A stretch of DNA of 20,000 nt, taken from IMG/VR virus record IMGVR_UViG_3300025821_000010; one strand, written 5' to 3'. The translations under genes and the position numbers were made by a program. Position 1 is the first letter of the stretch. Every line of letters begins with the position of its first letter. The notes below the pieces were generated by a model that was not told the origin of the DNA, ran no database searches, and saw nothing but the letters and a program-made list of their open reading frames with translations. Positions 13,701-20,000 of the stretch are shown in pieces. The stretch comes from an uncultured virus (IMG/VR IMGVR_UViG_3300025821_000010) (lineage: Duplodnaviria > Heunggongvirae > Uroviricota > Caudoviricetes).

Positions 13701-14033
13701 GTAAGTAACAACGGAACTGGTACTATAAACGGAACAATACCTAACTCTAACACTACAATAACGCAATCTGTTTCAGGTGTTGTAGAATCTTCAGCAACTT
13801 GCACATCATTTGCTGCGGGTCCAAACAGTAATTTTGCAGGAGTATGTGAAGCAATTGGATTAAACACTTATTACCACAATGGAGCTGGAAGTTATCCAAT
13901 AGCTGGAGACACAGTGTACAGTGAAGCTGGATGTTCAACATTCTTAGCGGCAGGATATTACTTAATGTCAAGTAATAATTATATCAGAGTAGTTGGAGGA
14001 GGAGAAGTATTAGAAGTGGGGAATTGTGTATAA
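10728..14033 (+). CDS. Large virion/tail-associated repeat protein (1101 aa)
   Basis: T/S/G-rich, with about 7 repeats of roughly 85-90 aa (GD..GA..SG..P..Y.F.T.I...SGY.FTSGP) and Cys-containing segments. Confidence 0.8.
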   Translation: MAIIYSYEQEANPQFSDLLLGTDVSAPGKPTKSFSIQSIVDLVETGVPGGGTVTSVGTNSSTFVTLSGGPITTSGIISASLSATGVPSATTYLRGDNTWATIPSSLNTTYTITSAQNGTAANIRLTGSDTTQTLVTLAAGANIALTDNGSNRITIGVTGLPSGSVTSVTADGGLYIVSGSATVNPVLAVDLTGLNNYIKVSENQTTAISDDFIAFNQNSSENVKTTTLGAITPNSLSLVKDYIDAGDVGDVRNDTDTFTTTAVVENVVSLTSAEYSALTPNANTLYLIVGAATSYTNTLAFTNNIVGTEYTIGGDQAGATRSGIEGASYAFNTTITPNSGYYFSSGPTVTNASGVFGTADETVYTILEGTVEQIVEPPITATLALTLSPSLGTNGVEYTLGGDLAGATQSGPSPLTYAFNTTISANSGYEFTSGPTITNATGTINGSQSVVTNITGTIEAIAIPPVTVTPSLINNFTGESSQVSLSVTPGSFSGDSPVTYTFNPVATANSGYAIENLTYTGDISGSATSSKTAVMYANGNVIQTSTNAVVELDLVVNITGGGYVTSGDLDGAQQTGPIPFTYAFDTDVSPLPGYEFTSLTINNASGTTNQSGLQVVTTTITGTIQEAPETVRATLQVNPSITGEQVYSITGDNTGAFQEGLPPFDYSFSTGVSIPSGYEWTTGPNVSPNPNSGTISADTTVTTNITGNIAAVADSYYTLFKCSTQSGGFTSSQTTTQISLNTNDQIYNLANASDTYIVTGTSTSQGTSISVSSSQGTGCPPTLYYYIIENCANSSQLQYGYSTQPNLGAGDTFNYFSNCYKYYDVDPTEVGTIDLDALSTCQCGPEQGYVNLTFSNNVTGAANTTTALGGFTTLQGNVGDPYTFTNSIVANTGYQFTSGPTWNPSAVITGTFVSGTTNITQTVTGNVTAIPNEVTVTLAFSNNVTNNQFTTTSLTPGATITGNPGDSYQFVHTITTDPGYEFTSGPTWVDNVSNNGTGTINGTIPNSNTTITQSVSGVVESSATCTSFAAGPNSNFAGVCEAIGLNTYYHNGAGSYPIAGDTVYSEAGCSTFLAAGYYLMSSNNYIRVVGGGEVLEVGNCV

Positions 14034-14067
14034 TACAAAAATTAAAAAAACTAACTAAAAATAAAAA

Positions 14068-17000
14068 ATGGCAATAATATATAGTTATCCAACGGCTACG
14101 CCTAAGGCTTCAGACTTACTAATAGGTACTGTTACATATGACGGTGCCTCTGGTACGCCTGTAGATGGTAATCCAACAAGAACCTTTAATATAGGTGATA
14201 TAGCCAATTTATTAGGAGGCTATACTTTATCTAGTCAAGCAGCTGGGTTAAATGCAAATATTGTATTAACTAGTAATCTAGGAGCAATAAGCGCTGTAAA
14301 CCTTTTAAGAGGTGCTGGCATATCAATATCTGATAATGGCACAAATGGAATAACAATAGGTAACACTGGTGTATTATCAATTGTAGGTTCAAATTCAACT
14401 TTTGTTAGTTCAACGCCTGTTTTATCATCTACTGGTAATGTAACCATATCTTCTAGTTTATCTGCAATAGGTACACCTAGTAGTTCAAACTACTTAAGAG
14501 GTGACAATAGATGGTCTACCCCTGTAACTACAATTACAACTCAGGATAGTCAATTTATAAATTTAACACCTAATTCCTCTACGAATGGCGCTGTAACTAT
14601 AACGGCCCAATTATCTGCTGGAGGTTCTCCAACGTCATCAAACTTTTTAAGAGGTGATAATGTGTGGGCTGTGCCTGCTGGTGGTGGTACTGTTACTTCT
14701 GTAAATGCTGGTACTGGTATTGCTGTTGATAACAGTAACCCTGCGGATCCTATAGTTAGTAACACCGGAGTGTTATCTAATATTGCAGGTACTGGTATAT
14801 CTATAAGTAGTGCAACTGGAAATTCAACTATTACAAACACAGCACCTGATCAAACTGTTGTTATAACAGGAAGTGGTGATACAACTGTTACAGGTACATA
14901 TCCTACGTTTAATATATCTTCAGATTCTGGGGTAACACAAATAGTAGCTGGTAATGATATATCAATATCTCCAGTAGGTGGAACTGGTATTGTAACAATA
15001 AATTCTACGTCTCAAGGAGGCGTTACATCTTTAATAGCTGGTGATAACATAACATTAAGTCCAGTAACTGGCTTAGGTGATGTAACTGTTAATGCACCTG
15101 GCTTAATACCTTACACTGAAACTTCTACAGCGAATATACAGTTTGTTTCAGAGGATGTAGCTTTAGGTGGTGGTTCTTCTTCAGATACGGTCGTACCTTC
15201 TCAACTAGCTGTTAAAACATATGTAGACAATGCTGTTGTTGGCGGATTAATATACCAAGGAAGCTACGATGCTTCTACAAATACCCCAGTTCTTGATAGC
15301 AGAGGTACTCAAATAGCTGTTACTCAAGGTTGGACATATACGGTTACAGTGGACGGAACGTTTTATGGTGAAACGGTCAAAGTTGGTGATGTACTTATTG
15401 CCGAAACAGATTTAGCTGCTGGAACAGGGGCTTTAACTGATTGGACTACGGTTCAAAGTAATATTGATTTAGCTACGGCAGGTACTACAGCTACGGCTAT
15501 TAGAGGTTTAGCTGGTTTTGATACAGACAACTTTACTGTTGTTGATGGATTTGTTAACTTAAAAGTAGGTGATATTATACCTTCTAATATAGTTGAATCT
15601 GTAGTAGCTGGTGCAAATGTAACTGTAGATAATACAGATCCTAAAAATCCTATTGTAAGTGCTTCTGGAAATCCAATACCTGTATCTGAAGAAGGGGTAC
15701 AAGTTACACCAAGTGTTGCTTCATTTAATTTCACAGGTGCTGGTGTTACAGCTACAGCGGTTGGTAATGATGTTACAGTTAATGTTGCTCAAGCACAATC
15801 GGTTAGTAATTTAGTTTATGATGTAAGGAATCAAACTGGTAGTGAAATACCAGCTGGTTCAGCAGTATATATAGTTGGCGGTTCTGGCGCTAGTGACCAC
15901 GTTAATGTTGTGTTAGCTTTAGCTGATAATGATGAACATTCATCTAAAACATTTGGTATAACATCATTAGCTATACCAAATAACTCAATTGGCCCAGTTA
16001 CTTTAGAAGGTTTAATTGAGGGTATTGATACAAGTCTTTGGGATAACGGCGATACATTGTGGCTTTCTCCAACAGTACCTGGTGGTATTCAAAATACAAT
16101 ACCGGCTACACCTGCTCACGCGGTGTTTTTAGGATATGCTGTTAGGATACAACAAAACAATGGATCTATATTTGTTAAAATACAAAATGGCCCTGAACTA
16201 AGTGAATTGCATGATGTACTTATAACTAATGTACAAAACAATCAATCTATAACTTGGGATTCAACTAATAGTTATTGGAAAAATACAAATATAGCTAATT
16301 CAGTTACCGGTGGTAGTAGTACTTTTATATCTACAACCGCAGACACAACTACTGGAGATATTACTATAACATCGTCTTTAAGTGCTACGGGCACACCTGA
16401 TGCAACCACGTTCCTTCGTGGTGATAACCAATGGGTGACAGTTGCTGGAACAACCTATGACTATTCTAGTGCACAATCTGGAGACGATGTCAATTTAAAC
16501 TTAATACCTTCAACTGGTACAACTGACACAGTTAAGCTTGTTGCTGGTTCAGGTATTAGTTTAACAGATGACGGAAGTAACAATGTAACTATTGCAGCAT
16601 CTTCTTCAAGCTCAATTGCTAAAGATGATTTTGTAGGTGATGGTACTACAGTTGCTTTTACTTTATCTGTTCAGCCTTTCTCTACATTATTCACAAGTGT
16701 TTATATCGCTGGTGTTTACCAAGAAAAAGAAACGTACTCAATAACTGGTACTACACTTACTTTTACTACAGCACCGCCAAATAATGGATCTGTTGAGGTT
16801 ATGTCAGTGGTTGTTTCAAATGTAACACCTGGCGCTAATACAATTACAAGGAATGATTTTACTGGAACTGGTAGTCAAACTGATTATACGTTAACAGTTG
16901 CACCTTCCAGCATTAACTTTGTGGATGTATATGTAAGTGGTACATACCAAAACAAAGATACATTTACAATTGTTGGTACAACCTTATCTTTTTCTGAAGC

Positions 17001-17346
17001 TCCGGCTAATAGTGATGAAATAGAGGTGATTATAATATCTAACGTATCACTGGTTCAAAACGAACAAGTAAATTATGGCGTTAATACAATATCGGCTAGT
17101 ACTACAGCAAGCAAGAACAACTTATACGTATTAACTGCTGATTTAACATTAACATTACCAGCCTCGCCTGCAAATGGTGATTCAATTAAAATAAGTAACT
17201 TATCTGAGGTTGCTACTTGTATATTAGGTAGAAATGGTAGTTTAATAATGGGTGCGGCGTCTGATTTAACTTTAGATACACCTTCAGCTTCATTTGAGTT
17301 AATATATTCAGGAGCAACAAAAGGTTGGGTAATAGTAGGATTATAA
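14068..17346 (+). CDS. Large mosaic tail fibre/baseplate-like structural protein (1092 aa)
   Basis: GVTS..AG.NI.IS repeats, three LRGDNxW motifs and two F.G.G....F/YTL...VY..G.YQ repeats. C-terminal TLTLPASPANGD...GWVI resembles T4 gp9/gp10-type domains. Confidence 0.8.
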   Translation: MAIIYSYPTATPKASDLLIGTVTYDGASGTPVDGNPTRTFNIGDIANLLGGYTLSSQAAGLNANIVLTSNLGAISAVNLLRGAGISISDNGTNGITIGNTGVLSIVGSNSTFVSSTPVLSSTGNVTISSSLSAIGTPSSSNYLRGDNRWSTPVTTITTQDSQFINLTPNSSTNGAVTITAQLSAGGSPTSSNFLRGDNVWAVPAGGGTVTSVNAGTGIAVDNSNPADPIVSNTGVLSNIAGTGISISSATGNSTITNTAPDQTVVITGSGDTTVTGTYPTFNISSDSGVTQIVAGNDISISPVGGTGIVTINSTSQGGVTSLIAGDNITLSPVTGLGDVTVNAPGLIPYTETSTANIQFVSEDVALGGGSSSDTVVPSQLAVKTYVDNAVVGGLIYQGSYDASTNTPVLDSRGTQIAVTQGWTYTVTVDGTFYGETVKVGDVLIAETDLAAGTGALTDWTTVQSNIDLATAGTTATAIRGLAGFDTDNFTVVDGFVNLKVGDIIPSNIVESVVAGANVTVDNTDPKNPIVSASGNPIPVSEEGVQVTPSVASFNFTGAGVTATAVGNDVTVNVAQAQSVSNLVYDVRNQTGSEIPAGSAVYIVGGSGASDHVNVVLALADNDEHSSKTFGITSLAIPNNSIGPVTLEGLIEGIDTSLWDNGDTLWLSPTVPGGIQNTIPATPAHAVFLGYAVRIQQNNGSIFVKIQNGPELSELHDVLITNVQNNQSITWDSTNSYWKNTNIANSVTGGSSTFISTTADTTTGDITITSSLSATGTPDATTFLRGDNQWVTVAGTTYDYSSAQSGDDVNLNLIPSTGTTDTVKLVAGSGISLTDDGSNNVTIAASSSSSIAKDDFVGDGTTVAFTLSVQPFSTLFTSVYIAGVYQEKETYSITGTTLTFTTAPPNNGSVEVMSVVVSNVTPGANTITRNDFTGTGSQTDYTLTVAPSSINFVDVYVSGTYQNKDTFTIVGTTLSFSEAPANSDEIEVIIISNVSLVQNEQVNYGVNTISASTTASKNNLYVLTADLTLTLPASPANGDSIKISNLSEVATCILGRNGSLIMGAASDLTLDTPSASFELIYSGATKGWVIVGL

Positions 17347-17360
17347 AATAATAAAAAGAT

Positions 17361-17930
17361 ATGAGTAATTTAACAGATTTTTTTCCATCTGGTGGTGGAG
17401 GTTTAACCCCTAAGTTTGAAGAGTTTAATTCTTCAGGAACTTTTACGCCATCTCAAGCATTAATAGATGCAGGAGGTTATATAGAGGTGTTTTTAGTTGC
17501 TGGAGGTGGACGTTCGTCAAGTAATAATTACGGAGGTAGTGGGGGAGAAGTTATTATACAGAATATGTACTTAACATCTACATCTGATTGTATTGTAACG
17601 ATTGGTGCAGCAGCTGCAAGTGGTGGAACAGGAGGTAGTAGTGTATTTACTGGTTCATCAGCAGGGGGAACAGATATAACGTCACTTGGAGGAAAAGGAA
17701 GTTCTGGCAGCTCACAAGTAGATAGAATGGGTGCTGGTTTTGCTGCTCAATACGTCAGCGGGGGTTATGGTGCTGGATCAGGTGGAAGTGGAGTTTTTGG
17801 TTATGGAGCAGGAGGTTCAGCAAGTGTAGGTTTTGGAGGTGTAACAAGAGGAAAAGCTAATTCAGGACAAGGTTCACAAAATGGAAATGCTGCTGGTTCA
17901 GGATATTGTTTAATTAAATGGTACGAATAA
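17361..17930 (+). CDS. Glycine-rich tail-associated protein
   Basis: FNSSGTFTP...IEVFLVAGGG...GSGYCLIKW is a typical phage Gly-rich domain. Confidence 0.75.
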   Translation: MSNLTDFFPSGGGGLTPKFEEFNSSGTFTPSQALIDAGGYIEVFLVAGGGRSSSNNYGGSGGEVIIQNMYLTSTSDCIVTIGAAAASGGTGGSSVFTGSSAGGTDITSLGGKGSSGSSQVDRMGAGFAAQYVSGGYGAGSGGSGVFGYGAGGSASVGFGGVTRGKANSGQGSQNGNAAGSGYCLIKWYE

Positions 17931-17932
17931 AA

Positions 17933-18280
17933 ATGGAAAACTTAATAGCTATAATAAAAGAAGGTAAAGTAGATAATGTAATAGTAGCCTCTGATGAGTT
18001 TGCTGCAACTTTGCAAGAAGAAACGGTTAATGTAACAGGCCAAGAAGTTAGCATAGGATTTAGCTACTCTAACGGTGTATTTGCTGCTACAGTAAAAACT
18101 TTAGAAGAAAAAACTGCTGAAGAAAAGTTTTGGAGAGATTCGGAATTACAATCAAGTGATTTCATTGTTCCATTAACTGACCATCCGCAGCATGCTGCTT
18201 ATATGACATACAGACAAGAGCTAAGGGATTACCCAGCTCAATCAGATTTTCCAAACGGTACTAGACCAGTAAAACCTTAA
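17933..18280 (+). CDS. Tail fibre assembly/chaperone-like protein
   Basis: WRDSELQSSDF...YRQELRDYPAQSDFP...RPVKP matches the phage tail assembly chaperone pattern. ATG 17933 is preferred over 17918. Confidence 0.75.
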   Translation: MENLIAIIKEGKVDNVIVASDEFAATLQEETVNVTGQEVSIGFSYSNGVFAATVKTLEEKTAEEKFWRDSELQSSDFIVPLTDHPQHAAYMTYRQELRDYPAQSDFPNGTRPVKP

Positions 18281-18283
18281 TAA

Positions 18284-18592
18284 ATGGCACTGACAAAGAT
18301 AATATACGGAATAATGGGTGATGAGTTTACAACTAGCTCAGTTGTAGCCGCTGAAACTTTAGACTTTTCTGCTTCACAGGTATTTACAAAAACTATGACT
18401 GCGGATACCACGTTTATATTTAGTAACACTGGTATTGGTATGGTTAAAGACTTAATTGTAACAGGTGCATTTGTACCAACATTCCCAGCTGGTACTACTT
18501 TAGTTGCTGGAACATATGACGGTAGTGTATCTAACTTAATACAAATAGTGGTTACTGGTGCTTCTGAATACTGGATCTCAATCTCACAATAA
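18284..18592 (+). CDS. Hypothetical structural protein (102 aa)
   Basis: ORF track; beta-rich; tightly packed in the tail operon. Confidence 0.7.
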   Translation: MALTKIIYGIMGDEFTTSSVVAAETLDFSASQVFTKTMTADTTFIFSNTGIGMVKDLIVTGAFVPTFPAGTTLVAGTYDGSVSNLIQIVVTGASEYWISISQ

Positions 18593-20000
18593 ATGATAAG
18601 TAGTAGACTAATTAAATCAAATAATACCGCCGCGGGATGTGTAGACATAGTAGATGCTTATGATCCATTTGCAGGCAATGGTGTAGCTTTGTATCAATTA
18701 AACGGTAACGCTAACGATGTTAGTGGGAACTATAATGGTACTGCTACAAATGTTACTTATGGCACAGGTGTATTTGGTCAAGCAGGTGTTTTTAATGGGA
18801 GTACGTCTGTAATTAATTTAGGTAATGTTTTAAATACTACTTTATCAAATAATTTTACTATTTCTGCTTGGATTAATACTAATTCAATGGGCGGACAAAT
18901 ATTTGGAAAAGGTTTTTGGGTAGCTAATGGAGAATATGTAAGACTTTACACAAGAACATCTACACCAAGAATACAATTTGGTTTTGAAGATGGCAGCGGC
19001 AATAATGTTTCTATGAGTTCAAATAGCGAAAACTTAGAAGGAACAGGATGGAGGCATATAGTAGCGGTAGGAGATTATTCAGGCAGTTTCAGCTTATATT
19101 TAGATGGTCAGCACATAGAAAGCCAAACAGTAAGCGGCTCTATGAATATGACAAATTCAAGTTCAGCATATATAGGAAATAGAGAGTCTAACAATTCTCC
19201 TTTAAATGGCTCATTAGACCAAGTTCGTATATTCAACACCGCATTAACCCCTTTAGAAGTAGAGGCTTTATATACAGAAGAACTATGTATTTGTGGAGGT
19301 ACAGTAGATACCTTAGATATATTAGGAGACAGCTCTTGTATTGCTACATACCAATTAGATGGTAATGCTAATGATTTAAGCGGTAATTATAGTGGAACAC
19401 CTACTGATGTTTCTTATGGAGTAGGAGAGTTTGATTTAGCAGGGGTGTTTAATGGTAGTAGTAGTAGGATTAAATTGCAAGACAATTCTTTAAATTTTTT
19501 AACTTCTTATACAGCAAGTGCTTGGATAAATTCTGTAAGCGACCAAAATAGTCAAACCATTGTAGGTAATTGGGGTTATGTTAATGGAAATGCAGAATTA
19601 GGTTGGTTTATAAGAAAAATGACTGGAAATATAATTAGAGTAAGTAATTATAATGGCGGTGCATCACAACATTATAATTCAACAGGGTCAGTATCTTTAA
19701 ATACTTGGACTAATGTTGTTGTTACTAATACTCAATCTGAAGCAAAAATATATATTAATGGTCAGTTAGATTCTACTCATACTACTTCTGGTTTTATTAC
19801 AAACGCTTCTTACCCTATGAGACCGCATATAGGGGCTTATCAATATTCAGCCGGAACTTTTGGCTTCTTTGACGGCTCAATAGACCAAGTTCGTATATTC
19901 AACAAAGCCTTAAATTCTACAGAGGTTACTACATTATACAATGAAACTGCTTGTGCTAATACAACAAGAGAAGCAGGTGTTACTCAAATTTTAGGAGATA
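18593..20000 (+). CDS. Tandem LamG/concanavalin A-like domain protein (putative receptor-binding; runs off the right edge)
   Basis: Manual translation: MISSRLIKSNN...ALYQLNGNANDVSGNYNG...FTISAWIN...WRHIVAV...FNGSLDQVRIFNTAL, then a second unit ATYQLDGNANDLSGNY...FDGSIDQVRIFNKAL. Repeat period 666 nt. Confidence 0.85.
   Translation, partial: MISSRLIKSNNTAAGCVDIVDAYDPFAGNGVALYQLNGNANDVSGNYNGTATNVTYGTGVFGQAGVFNGSTSVINLGNVLNTTLSNNFTISAWINTNSMGGQIFGKGFWVANGEYVRLYTRTSTPRIQFGFEDGSGNNVSMSSNSENLEGTGWRHIVAVGDYSGSFSLYLDGQHIESQTVSGSMNMTNSSSAYIGNRESNNSPLNGSLDQVRIFNTALTPLEVEALYTEELCICGGTVDTLDILGDSSCIATYQLDGNANDLSGNYSGTPTDVSYGVGEFDLAGVFNGSSSRIKLQDNSLNFLTSYTASAWINSVSDQNSQTIVGNWGYVNGNAELGWFIRKMTGNIIRVSNYNGGASQHYNSTGSVSLNTWTNVVVTNTQSEAKIYINGQLDSTHTTSGFITNASYPMRPHIGAYQYSAGTFGFFDGSIDQVRIFNKALNSTEVTTLYNETACANTTREAGVTQILGD

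Noticed and set aside
10745..18648. Minus-strand ORF-track calls inside the structural genes (10745..11314, 11450..11641, 13664..13867, 14235..14447, 14550..14840, 15453..15734, 18277..18648), plus 13753..13971
   Set aside because: Antisense shadows of T/S/G-rich plus-strand genes whose codon bias suppresses stops on the opposite strand.

Overview
AT-rich segment of a tailed dsDNA phage (Caudoviricetes). A Bacteroidota/flavobacterial host is inferred from A-rich, Shine-Dalgarno-free leaders and gene content, but is not proven. The window has two divergent halves. 1-9430 (minus strand) holds about 35 small early/middle-type genes, including a sigma70-family factor (cut off at the left edge, missed by the ORF track), an HTH protein, a 3D-domain protein, a KTSC protein, a DnaA domain IV-like protein and a gp88-like protein. 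9982-20000 (plus strand) holds virion/tail genes: two ~1100-aa repeat proteins, a Gly-rich protein, a tail-fibre chaperone and a LamG-repeat protein running off the right edge. The most unusual content is non-coding. (i) Ten minus-strand copies and one divergent plus-strand copy of a fixed-spacing promoter-like motif, TTACAAWAAW-AATACG-N10-GATAATATATAT. (ii) A cassette-like array at 8.7-9.65 kb delimited by GCTY-N10/11-GTGAGGT elements, with almost CG-free cargo, a duplicated gene and ORF-less units. (iii) Three TGACATTAG-core-CTATTGTCAC elements, one with the core flipped relative to the arms. (iv) Seven exact copies of the 10-mer TGCTATACAC, which resembles a DnaA box. All protein calls come from motif recognition by eye; no database searches were run.
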